The notes under the pieces were generated by a model, which was given only the letters and a program-made list of their open reading frames with translations, was not told where the DNA came from and searched no databases. Below are positions 38,701-49,607 of a stretch of 64,000 nucleotides of DNA, one piece after another. The DNA lies in the NCBI GenBank assembly GCA_951406725.2, contig OX597818.1, forward strand, positions 106,144,001 to 106,208,000, in the 5' to 3' direction. The position numbers were made by a program, and so were the translations under genes. This DNA comes from Octopus vulgaris (taxonomy: Eukaryota). Position 1 is the stretch's first letter; every line of letters begins with the position of its first letter.

Positions 38701-38882
38701 CTGAGATTCGCCAACACTACACCTGATTTTCTCCCCTCCATACACACACAGGCATGTATCTGACTCATACATTGTTCGCTTTCCAGACATTTCTACATTA
38801 CTGCATGTACTTTATATGCACTTTCTGACAAGTTGTGGTGTACCTGAGCACTGTATACAATAATTTCATTATTATTATTATA
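35705..38882 (+). mobile_element. CR1/L2-group LINE with near-intact ORF2
   Basis: APE endonuclease plus RT, short 3'UTR, (ATT)n tail at 38868-38881. 5' boundary approximate. Confidence 0.93.
35968..38726 (+). pseudogene. LINE ORF2 (APE endonuclease + RT) with one frameshift
   Basis: EN motifs LNARSL, VTETW, YRPP, GDFN, LDLL, SDH; RT motifs QFGF, YLDFAKAF, GVPQGSVLGP, YADD. One extra A in the A6 run at 36796-36801 would join the two ORFs (HKKTSSSAIWE). Confidence 0.9.
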
Positions 38883-39359
38883 ATATGAAGCCAAATACAT
38901 AATATAACATACAGTGCCAAAAGATATGAAGGACTACAAGCCGTTCTGCTATTTGAGAGAGAAGACTTTATTTACAGTGTACAAAGTGAAAGTGTTGTGA
39001 GTGCTAGCGAAGTGGGCGATCTTCCGTTACAAGAACACTACAAAACACGTGTGTTTATTTACATTTGTGAAGATGTCGATTTCTGTAAATTTTAAAAAAT
39101 ATTTTTACATATGGGGTTGGGGGTAAATGGGATCTTTTGATGTTGGCGTGAATCGGAAGATTTGATGTGCGTGCGTGCGTATATGTGTGTGTGTGTTTGA
39201 TGGGGTGTGCGAGACACATACACACATACAAATACTTACACACACACATAGGATGATACAATCTTAAGCAGAAAATCTGGTAAAATTGGCAGAGACGGTG
39301 AATGTAGGAGAAACGGTGATGAAAGTGTGAGTGGCGGGCAGAAGCCCTTACTGCTATAA

Positions 39360-39678
39360 ATGTCACCAAAAAGGGCCACATTAGAGCGGACTGCCCTCAA
39401 AACACAAGCAAGCCAGGAGAAAGCCGAGAATGAGAAGATGGTGGAAGATAATGATGAAACAGACGAGGAAAAAGTATGGAGTGTGGCTGGAAGGAGAAAA
39501 CAGAGGAAGAAGAAGAAGGACAGTCAAAGTGAGCCCCAACCCGTACCCACCCCACCCATACCTTCACAGCCCCACCCTCCCGCTGCAGACACCAAACCCA
39601 CCCATTCCCCACCGACACAAAAACAGAAAAAAGAAGTGCAAACACACACAAATTCACAAAACTCCCCTGCCTTGTGTT
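39360..39678 (+). other. Truncated low-complexity ORF, possibly a LINE ORF1 N-terminus
   Basis: Acidic, WSVAGRRKQRKKKK and Pro-rich segments, cut by the LTR at 39679. Confidence 0.35.
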
Positions 39679-39916
39679 TGTTGTTGTTATATATATATAA
39701 TGTATTGAGTATTAAAGGAAGTAGTGAGTACTTAGTATGAAAGATTAAGAAAATGAGAGAGACTGAAAAAACGTGTTAACGATACGAGATATTTTATTAG
39801 ACTGCCGTTGTTGTACAAGGTATTTGTTGTGGCGGGAAACTTATTGAATGTCCTTGTATCAAGGGAGACAATGGGCAACGTTGATCGTTCATGTTTGTTG
39901 TGATGATTACATAACA
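39679..39916 (-). repeat. 3' LTR (238 bp)
   Basis: Differs from the 5' LTR by 3 substitutions and one TA unit. Confidence 0.96.
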
Positions 39917-40143
39917 TCTTCCTTTTTTTTTATTATCATCATCTGTATCTACAGGGAATAATTATTCGTCGTCCACTTTTTGTGGTTTTATTATTTTGTA
40001 GTGTTGAATTCTGTAGTTGTGCTGTTTTTGTTTTTTCATGCGTGTTTGTTGACTTTGGAAATATATTTTCATAATCTAATTCTTCTGTTATGCGAACGTG
40101 TTCGTTTGTTTTAAGAATATGTTGTCTATTTCGTTTGACTGTA

Positions 40144-40970
40144 TTACCTTCCTCTGTTATTACTAAGTATGAACGAGGTTGCTCTAGTTTTTTTAATTAT
40201 TTTGCCCCTTCTAAACCAATTGTTGTTAAACTTAATTCTAACCGTGTCGTGTGGTTTTAACTCTTGGAGTTCTGTTGTAATGTTTGATTTCTTCTTTTCG
40301 TGAGGCCTGATACCAATTTTGTCGTGTAGTAAGTTTGGGAGATTTGTTCGCAATATTCTATTCATTATTTGATTTGCAGGGGATGGTGCACCATTTTGTA
40401 ATTTAGTCGTGCGTAATGCTAAGAGCGCTAACTGAGGTTCTTCGCCACTCTTGAATGCCTTTTTTAGCGTCTTTTTTATTGTCTGTACATTTCTCTCAAC
40501 CATGCCATTCGCTTGATGATAATGCGGGCTTGTCTTCGTGTGATGAAAATGCCAATTTTTTGCAAATTTTTTGAATTCAGCCGAATTGAATTCTGGACCG
40601 TTGTCACTTACAACTGTTTGCGGAATTCCGAATTTAGCAAAAGTTTCTTTTAATTTTTTGATTACGGTTTTTGACTGGCAATCATTTATTTCGTGTAGAT
40701 CAAAAAATCTTGTTGTATAGTCAATAATTGTGACATACGAATTTCCAGACAGGTGAAATACGTCTGTACCCACTTTGGTCCATGGTGTAGTAGGTATTTC
40801 ATGATTTATTAGTGGTTCGGCTGATTGTTGGTTTTTGTAGTCGATGCAGTATGAGCATGTGTTAATCATGTCTTTGATTTGAGCGTTAATGCCAGGCCAG
40901 TATATACATTCCTTCGCTCTCTCTATGCATTTTTCGATACCCATGTGTCCGGTATGTATTTCCTGTAGAG
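40144..40970 (-). pseudogene. Gypsy integrase (downstream of the hAT insertion)
   Basis: EIHTGHMG..CSYC (HHCC), VGTDVF, VSDNGPEF, NGMVER. Confidence 0.92.
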
Positions 40971-43346
40971 CAGTGATTCCCAAGGTGGGGCGTACGCCCC
41001 ACTGGTGGGGCCTGAGAAAATTCAGGTGGGGCGCGGGGCATAGACGTGGGCTGTGAAAATATTTGTACATGACGAGCGGTCATCGCGGGCACAACCTTAG
41101 ATTCCGTCTTTCCTTTGAAGCCTCCACATCGGAAACTCTCGCACCCCAGCGAGACAAAGAAGATCCCGCACTGAGCAATAAACTTACTATTCAGATAAGC
41201 CAATCAATTGCCTCAATTAGTTTGCCTCAATTAGTCTTTTGTTAGCCCTATTGAAAATGAGCAAACCAAACAAGAAGAAGACTCGTCAATACGCGGTGGA
41301 GTTTTTGAAGTTTGGATTCATTCCTGATGAGCATGATGAGCGTAAACCGTTTTGCTTATTATGTAATCAGACGATGAGCAATGAGTCAATGAAGGCAGGT
41401 AGGCTGGAAGCGCACTTAAAGGTAAGACATCCTAATAATTCTAATTTAGATTTGGAATACTTCAAATCATTGAAAGAAAAATTTAAAAACCGAACAAAAC
41501 TCACTTCACTATTTCATGCAAAACAAGCGCCTCATACTCGTGCCCTTGAAGCCAGCTACGAAATCTCCTTGCTTATAGCAAAACATGGAAAGAATCACAC
41601 TATTGGAGAGCAACTGATTAAACCTGCTATCTCAATATTCTTAAAAACTGTATTACAAAAAGATGATGGAGATATCAGGACTATGCCACTCAGTAATAAC
41701 ACTGTCTCGAACAGAATAGATGAAATGGGGCAAGATGTTGAAAGCCAGCTCATTGAGAAATTAAAATTGCGTAAGTTTTCATTACAAATGGACGAATCCA
41801 CAATCCGGGACAGTGAGGCTCTGTTATTGACTTATGTGAGGTATATTGACCACGAGGAGTTTCAGGAAGAGATGCTGTTCTGCGAATCGTTTGAAACCAC
41901 CACAACTGCAAATGATATTTACATCAAAATCAAACATTATTTGGATGCAAACAAAATACCAAAGGAAAACTTACTGGCATGTGCGGCAGACGGTGCACCT
42001 GCCATGATGGGCAAGAATACGGGATGCTTAAAAATGATGAAGGATGAAAATCCAAACATGTTGACTGTCCATTGTGTAATACACCGAGAAAACTTGGTTG
42101 CCAAGAAATTGTCCCCTGTTCTTAACAAGATTCTTCAAAGTGTGATCAAGTGTGTCAACAGCATTAAAAGAAATTCTAAATCTGAACGTCTTTTTAAGCA
42201 GTTTTGTATAAATCAAAGTGCCGAACATGTTCGATTATTGCTTCATACAGAAGTAAGATGGCTATCAAGTGGAAACTGCTTAAAGAGGTTCATGGAATTA
42301 TTTGATCAGATTAACGACTTTCTTAGTGATAAATGTGAAATGAAATTGCTGTCAACAACGGATGGAAAAGCATTTGTCAGTTATTTGACAGACATATTTG
42401 AGAAACTTGGAAACTTGAATAAACAACTTCAAGGTGCAAACATGACACTTATTGATGCAAAAGCAAAGATTTTTGGATTTATTACAGCTCTCGAATTATG
42501 GAAAAAGAAATTTTCCAAAAGAAATTTCAGTGAACTTTACTGGTTGAGTAAATGTGAAATAACGAATGATGCTGGCATTGTAATTATTGATCATTTAAAT
42601 ATCTTGATAAAGGATTTCAATGACAGATTTTGCGATTTAAAGGCAATGAATTTTCCTTCTTGGTTAACTCAACCGCTTCTGATTAACGTTTCTGATGCTA
42701 CAATCCAATACCAAGAAGAGTTATCAGAATTACAACATGATGAATCAGTGAAGACTTTGTTTAAATTGAAAGGTACAAAGATGTGGCTATATGACGAGGT
42801 TGAAAGAAAATATCCTAAAATTTCTACATCAGCGAGAGAGCTACTGATTCCTTTCCCTTCGTCTTATTTGGTCGAATGTGGTTTTAGTGCAGTTGATAAT
42901 TTGCTCGAAGCCAAGAGAAACCGGCTTGAGATTACAAAACGTGGCGATTTACGACTGAAATTAACAAAGTTGTCTCCTCAAATTAAAAACTTGTGCTGTA
43001 TGCATCAGGCATAGGGTTCTCACTAAATTAGTCGAGCTGACCGTCAAATAATTGAACTGAAAAAACGTGTTTCTTTATTCTTTATAAATTGACATTTTTT
43101 AAAAACATGAGAAATCGTAATAATTTTATCGATTTATTGGGTGTTATGCACTTTCAGTGCCTGTTGTTTCAATTCTCAAACTATTTTTTTGTATTTTGAA
43201 TACAATTTTTTAATTTTTGATTTTTTTTTCAATTGTAAGTAGGCCCACATGTACTTGTAAATGTGAGTGGACATGGGAAAAGGTGGGGCGTAAAAACTTT
43301 TGCTATGAAAAAGTGGGGCGCCGGGAAAAAAGGTTGGGAAACACTG
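40971..43346 (+). mobile_element. hAT/Buster (Charlie-like) DNA transposon, 2376 bp
   Basis: TIRs CAGTGATTCCCAA / TTGGGAAACACTG. Perfect 8-bp TSD CTGTAGAG (40963-40970 and 43347-43354) with the central TA typical of Buster. Confidence 0.97.
41257..43014 (+). CDS. Buster-family hAT transposase (ZBED5/SCAND3-like), 585 aa
   Basis: BED finger CLLC..HLKVRH; catalytic QMDES, ADGA and LVECGFS; HCVIH (CxxH); VRWLS. Uninterrupted ORF. Confidence 0.95.
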   Translation: MSKPNKKKTRQYAVEFLKFGFIPDEHDERKPFCLLCNQTMSNESMKAGRLEAHLKVRHPNNSNLDLEYFKSLKEKFKNRTKLTSLFHAKQAPHTRALEASYEISLLIAKHGKNHTIGEQLIKPAISIFLKTVLQKDDGDIRTMPLSNNTVSNRIDEMGQDVESQLIEKLKLRKFSLQMDESTIRDSEALLLTYVRYIDHEEFQEEMLFCESFETTTTANDIYIKIKHYLDANKIPKENLLACAADGAPAMMGKNTGCLKMMKDENPNMLTVHCVIHRENLVAKKLSPVLNKILQSVIKCVNSIKRNSKSERLFKQFCINQSAEHVRLLLHTEVRWLSSGNCLKRFMELFDQINDFLSDKCEMKLLSTTDGKAFVSYLTDIFEKLGNLNKQLQGANMTLIDAKAKIFGFITALELWKKKFSKRNFSELYWLSKCEITNDAGIVIIDHLNILIKDFNDRFCDLKAMNFPSWLTQPLLINVSDATIQYQEELSELQHDESVKTLFKLKGTKMWLYDEVERKYPKISTSARELLIPFPSSYLVECGFSAVDNLLEAKRNRLEITKRGDLRLKLTKLSPQIKNLCCMHQA

Positions 43347-46266
43347 CTGTAGAGCTTCTCTACGTAATGACTTAGGTACAATTATTCTTGAACCTTTTAG
43401 AACGAGACCATTGACGATTGATATTTCATCACGAACGGAGACGAATGGTTTTATGTTTATTGGTATTTTGTCTTTTGGGGGCCATTCTGTTCTTGTATAT
43501 GTGATGAGTGTCTGTAGTGACGGGTCGTCTGCAGTGGCTTCTTTATACTCGTTTAATTTAGTGTCGGTTATGGGGTAATTTTTTATTACTGCATGTATGT
43601 GCGATTTCATATCTTCGTCTGATACTTCTGGAGTATTTTGCTCAAGGTATGCACGTGATAGGGTATCTGCAACAATTGATTCTTTACCAGATATGTGGTT
43701 TAGGTCAAAACCATATGTTAGTAGAAATCTTTGGATTCTGGGGGGTGGGGGGGCATTTAGTGATCGATTTTTTGAATATTTGCTTCAACGGTTTATGGTC
43801 ATTTTCGATTCTGAAATGAGTTCCGTATATAAACTGATTACATTTCTTGCATGCGAAAACTATACTGAGAGCTTCGCTCTCTATCGGACAGTAGTTTTGT
43901 TCCGCTTGAGTTGTTGCACGAAATACAAACGAAACAGGTAGCCATCTTTCGTTGTGTTTCTGCTCAAGTATCGCTCCGAGCCCATGCTTACTAGCATCTG
44001 TAGTTATTTTTATTGGTAGATCTGGATTATAAAATTGTAGCACTGGTTTTCTGGTAATCATTTCTTTTAGCTTTTTTATTGCTTCGATTTGTGGTTTGTC
44101 GAATGACCATAACGTGTCACTCTGTAGAAGCTGGCGTAATGGTGCTGTAACTTCGGAGTAATTTGATAAAAATTTACATAGGTAATTTGTCATACCTAGG
44201 AATCTTTGTAATTCTTTTTTACTTGTTGGCAGTGTCATGTGAATGATTGCTTGTACTTTGGTTGGATCTTGTTTTATCCCTTCGCTGGTTGATAGATGCC
44301 CAAGGTACGTGATTTGTGATTCATAGAAGATACACTTTGATTTATTTAACTTTAATCCGTGCTTTCGGATTCGATCGAAAACTTGTTGTAGTCTATTTGT
44401 GTGTTCTTCTAAAGTGCTGGACCAGATTATGATGTCATCCTGTGAATTTCTTGCTCCTTCTATGCCCTCTATTATTTTTGCAATTTCTTTTTGGAAAACT
44501 TCACTGGCGCTGTGAATTCCAAAGGGTAGTCGTGTGAAGCGATACCTTCCAAAAGGTGTGTTGAACGTTAACAGATGGGAGCTTTCTTTGTCAACTGGAA
44601 TTTGCCAGTATCCATTAGATGCATCGAGTTTCGAAAAATATTTAGGGTTATGCATTTGTGCAAAAATGTCCTCCGCTGTAGGGAGTTTGAAATGTTGCCT
44701 TTTTATGGCTTTGTTTAGATTCTTGGGGTCTAAACAGAGTCGGAGTTTTCCGTTGGCTTTTTCAACGATGACTAGGGAATTTACCCAGTCTGTAGGTTCA
44801 CTAACAGGTTTTATGATACCTAATTCTGTCATTCTTTTTAATTCTTTGTTGAGTTTTTCTTTTATAGAAAAAGGAACCGATCTTGGTGGATGAATTACAG
44901 GAGTTATTTGTGGACCCACTGTGATATGATGTGTTATTGACAAAGTGCCGATTTCTCCGAAACAGTCTTCATATTTTTCTATTATGTCGTTTGTGTTCGA
45001 CGAGTTTATTTTTGAAATTCTCTGAATTAGGTTCAGATCTTTAGCTGCCTTTGCATCTATAACTGCGTGCGAGTTTGTTTTTGCAACAATGAATTTTATT
45101 TGTTTTGATAATTCTTTGTATTTAATGACTGCTGTGCATTTTCCTAGCACTTTTATAGCTGTGTTATTGTAAGCTGATAATCGAGTTGAGGTTTTTTGCA
45201 GTTGTGGTTTTGGAATTATATTTTTATATTCTCTGAATGGCAGTACGGTTACGTCTGCTCCAGTATCAATTTTGAATGTTACATTCGAGTTGTTCACTTT
45301 TAGTTCGATCGTCCAAATGTCTTTTGGAGTCTTGAACTTTTCGATTTTGTGCACGCGGGAATTATTTGAAGTGATCATTTCGAGTGCATGTGTATCGTCA
45401 TCTGTTTCATCGTCGGTATGTATCTCTACTTTATGTACAAATTTTCTTGATTTGCACATTTTTGCATAGTGTCCTTGTTTCTTGCATTTTTCACATGTCT
45501 TGTGAAATACTGGGCATTTATTTCTTTTGTGATTATAACCACAATAGTGACAGTTAGTGATGTAGTGTTGACTTGGCGCTTGAAACTTCGCGGGCTTTCT
45601 GTCACTTCCGTCTTGTTCGTTTTGATGTCTAGATTGCATATGGCGAGTTATTTGAGTTTTGGCGCCTTTTCTGTCGTGTTGACTATATACCCTCGAGATT
45701 TCGTTATCTCTTGTTTCGGATGTGGCATTTAGCATCCTTGATTGGAGTCGTGTTTGCTCTGCACTCTGACCTGCTTGAATTGTTTTTTGTAAGTCTAAAT
45801 TTGGTTCTCTCAATAATCTTTCTCTTAATCTCATGTCTCTGATTCCACATATCAGAATATCTCTGGTGAGACTGTCTGTGAGGTTGCCGAATTCGCACTG
45901 TTGTGCCTTTTGGCGCAACTCTACCACGTACTCATCGAATTTTTGATGTTCCGCTTGTCCACATGTGAAGAATTTGTGTCTCAGGAAAGTTATGTTTTTC
46001 CTGGGTTCACAATATGCATCGAATTTTTCGATTACTGTTTGAAGGTTCATTTCTTCGTCGGGTGAATCGAAATCCAGAGTGGAATGGATGTCTCGGCCTT
46101 TGGAACCGATGCAAGTTAAAAACATTGACGTTTTTACTTTGTCTGGCTTCATGTCACTTTCTGTTGCTATCAAAAAGAGATTGAATTCTTTTTTCCACTT
46201 TTTCCATGCTGCGGCTAGATTTTCCTGATTAAAGTCTAGGTCTTTTGGATGCGGTAAATTTTCCAT
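43347..46266 (-). pseudogene. Gypsy gag-pol (gag, protease, RT, RNase H)
   Basis: Zn knuckle CEKCKKQGHYAKMC, protease IDTGAD, RT LDASNGYWQ..PFG..SQDDII, RNase H TDASKHGLG..ENDHKPL. Frameshift in the G-run near 43740-43754. Confidence 0.95.
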
Positions 46267-46344
46267 TTCGTCTTTGAAGTATGATTTCAACTTCTTTTTT
46301 CTTTTGGTTTCTGTATTTTGGGTTCTTTTAGTATTCTGACACCA

Positions 46345-46584
46345 TGTTGTTGTTATATATATATATAATGTATTGAGTATTAAAGGAAGTAGTGAGTACT
46401 TAGTATGAAAGATTAAGAAAATGAGAGAGACTGAAAAAACGTGTTAACGATACGAGATACTTTATTAGACTGCCGTTGTTGTACAAGGTATTTGTTGTGG
46501 CGAGAAACTTATTGAATGTCCTTGTATCAAGGGAGACAATGGGCAACGTTGATTGTTCATGTTTGTTGTGATGATTACATAACA
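46345..46584 (-). repeat. 5' LTR (240 bp)
   Basis: Directly followed on the - strand by the PBS. Confidence 0.96.
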
Positions 46585-47360
46585 CCTAGTGTTCCGTCTT
46601 AGTTTATCAGGTATATTGTGTTGGTAGTTGTTTCTTCCGTAGTGCATTTGTTGTTTGTTAGGTTTGTATGGTTGGTTCCTAGGGTGGATGTTTGGTGGTA
46701 GAGTTTTAGTTTGGTTATGTGGATTGTATTTCATAGAATTTTATGTTGTAGCCCTTTGGTTCGTGAAATGGTATGGTGGGCCCCTGTAAGTGTTTTGGGG
46801 TTGGTGTAGGTAGTGTGGGGTGTGTTTTAAATGTATTTTTCTGGTGTAGAGTGTGTTTGGATTTCTTGGTGGTTGTTCCGTTCTGTTGGTATTTGGTTTT
46901 GTTTTAGTTAATTTTATGAAGGGGTTGTTGGATATGTGTTCATTTTTGAAGTTGGTTTCATAATCCAAGAACCAGATGGCGCTCTTTTCCCATCGTTGGA
47001 GGGACTTAAGTTCCTCTTTTTCACATTCTTCTTTCCATAGTGTTAGTAATGTTTCAGTATTGATGTCGTCTATTAGTTTGATGACTTCTTCGTTGATTTC
47101 CTCATCTATGGTTTTTACTTTTTCTTCATTCGTCTTAGCTCTCAGCTTAAGTAGTTCTATTTCCATCTTCATTTTTTCTAATGACATTTTTTCTCTAAGT
47201 CTTCTTTGTTCTTCTGGTTCTTCCAAGATGGGTTTAATTTGTAATTTGCGGGGTATGATTAGGGGTGTTGAGTCTAGCCACTTTTGGTAAATCTCTGCTT
47301 TATTCTGATTTTGTATCATTTTCCAAAAAGCGAATTTTCTGTTTCGCTGTAGTGTTCTCC
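46585..47360 (-). other. Unassigned coiled-coil ORF fragment, probably retroelement-derived
   Basis: 192-aa ORF (46741-47319) with Glu/Lys heptads and spaced Trp residues, followed by an Asn/Pro/Gln-rich tail. Truncated by (TA)n and by the LTR. Confidence 0.45.
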
Positions 47361-47383
47361 ATATATATATATATATACATACA

Positions 47384-49001
47384 CAGTTGTGGCCAAAATG
47401 TTCAGAACAGCATTGTTTTCGTCAGAAAAGTAGATATAATTTTTTATCAAAATTGTTTTATATTCTATAATTTTCACAGACAATAAATACGATATTATTT
47501 GTTATTGCCTGAGATTTTGGTGTAATTTGAGAGGATAATACAAAAGTTATGGATGATTTAGTGATTTACTGCAAAACCCATGGCGGCCAAAATGATCAGA
47601 ACAGTTGCTTTTACTTCGTGTTTTAGTATATTTAACCGGCGAACTCTAATGTTTTGAATTTGTTTACGTGACGGTTTGTTTACTAAACATTAGTAAGAAT
47701 ATTTGCAGCGTACTTTGTTAATATAATGCCACTTACTCAGTTACCAATTCGTCAGCAGATTATTAAGCTTCGAAGGAAGGATAATTTAAGTATTGGATCT
47801 ATTGCAAAGATTGTTAACAAGTCAAAAAGTGTTGTACACGGTATTCTTAAGGTCTACGATGATTGTGGTTCGTGTGAAGCAAGAAAGTTTACAGGTAGGC
47901 CAAGAAAAACGACCAAGAGAGAAGATCGTGCTATGGTAAAGTTGGTTAAAAGGACAGATTTAAAACTGCTGCTGCTGTTTCTCGGAAAATGAGCATTGTA
48001 TTGAAGAAAACTTTATCTAGAAAAACTGTGTCTCGTCGTTTAGTTGAACATGACCTACAAGCAAGAGCACCTGCAGTGAAGCCACTGATCAGCTCCAATT
48101 ATAAAAAGTGTCGTCTTACCTTTGCAACCGAACATGTGTTGTGGTCTCAAGAAAAATGGCAAACGGTGCATTTCAGTGATGAATCTAAGTTAATGCTATT
48201 TGGCTCAGATGGGAAAAGTAGAAAAGTAGGTGAAAAATTGCTGCCTAAATGCCTTAAGACTAGTGTTAAATTCGGTGGAGGAAGTGTCATGGTTTGGGGA
48301 ATGATATCTGGAGATGGTGTGGGCCCTTTGGTGCGATTACATGGAAAGGTAAATGCAGGAGTTTATAAACAATTTGTAAAAGATCATGTCTTGCTTATGC
48401 TGAGAAATTCAACTAAGCGACCACCCATATTCATGCAGGACAATGCCCCATGTCACAAGGCTAAGGTGGTCATGAACTTCCTCAAGGCTGAAAAGGTTAT
48501 TGTTATGGATTGGCCAGCTCAAAGCCCAGTTCTCAATCCTATTGAAAATGTGTGGAATATTCTAGGAGAACGTTCGAAAGCCTGAAATCCTAAAACAACT
48601 GAGCAATTATGGAATGCCCTTCAGGAAGAATGGAATAAGGTCACCCAGCAAGAAATTGAAAATTTAATTTCCTCATGCAGTCGAAGATGTCAGAGTGTGA
48701 TTGAAGCTAAAGGGCTTCACACTAAATATTAAATAATTCCAGTATTCTCTGTCATTTTTGATTATTTTGTTATTTTTTCAACCGTTCTGATCATTTTGGC
48801 CGCCATGGGTTTGCAGTAAATCCCTAAATCATCCATAACTTTTGTATTATCCTCTCAAATTACACCAAAATCTCAGACAATAACAATTAATATTGTATTT
48901 ATTGTCTGTGAAAATTATAGAATATAAAACAACTTTGATAAAAAATTATATCTACTTTTCTGACGAAAACAATGCCGTTCTGAACATTTTGGCCGCAACT
49001 G
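47384..49001 (+). mobile_element. Tc1 DD34E transposon with long IR/DR-type TIRs
   Basis: ~224-bp TIRs beginning CAGTTG(T/C)GGCCAAAATG, each with an inner direct repeat (47581-47607; 48779-48809). TA follows the right end. Confidence 0.96.
47726..48732 (+). pseudogene. Tc1 transposase (frameshift, small deletion, premature stop)
   Basis: GRPRKT, FSDESK, MQDNAPCH-(34 aa D to E)-NPIENVW; ends GLHTKY*. Confidence 0.93.
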
Positions 49002-49049
49002 TATATATAAATTTTATTATTTATTCATTTTTTATTTATTTAAAAATAA

Positions 49050-49305
49050 ATAAATATAACTATCAAAAAGAATAAAAAATTTAATATAAGATAAAGAGTA
49101 AAACCACAACGATCGTTTCAATGCCCATAATCTAATTTGAATAACAATAATTTAAATTCAATTAATAATTCGAATTATGGTTATAGTCAATCTTCAGGTT
49201 TAAATTATTGTAATTCGAATTAGATTATGGGCATGAAACGATCGTAGTGGTTTTACTCTTTATCTTATATTAAATTTTTAATTCTTTTTGATAGTTATAT
49301 TTATT
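49050..49305. repeat. Long inverted repeat (~105-bp arms, ~42-nt spacer)
   Basis: tataactatcaaaaagaat..gatcgtttcaatgcccataatct is mirrored by agattatgggcatgaaacgatc..attctttttgatagttata. Confidence 0.92.
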
Positions 49306-49607
49306 AAAAAAAAATAATAATAAAAATAAAAATAATAAAATATATGTATATATATAATAATTTAAATTTTGAATTTTATATTTTGTATATTTTGTATATT
49401 TAATTTTTGTATATTTTGTAATTAATTTATTTCTATTTATTGGTTTATGTTTTTCACTGTTTGATTTGCCGAATAGTGGTTTTATCTCTAATTTAATATA
49501 AATATATATATTTATACTGTAAAATTAGATTTAATCCTAAATCTAATATTTCCCTGTAAGTTTGGATTTACTCCCTAATATTATTATTATTATATATATA
49601 TATATAT

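Larger units (their letters stand above)
39679..46584 (-). mobile_element. Full-length Gypsy (Mag-like) LTR retrotransposon
   Basis: Two TG..CA LTRs, PBS TGGTGTCAGAA (46344-46334, tRNA-Leu-like), PPT A9GGAAGA (39931-39917). Domain order gag-PR-RT-RH-IN. Confidence 0.96.

Noticed and set aside
41257-43014. Domesticated host gene of ZBED5/SCAND3 type
   Set aside because: Intact TIRs, a perfect TSD and insertion inside a young retrotransposon show it is a mobile element.
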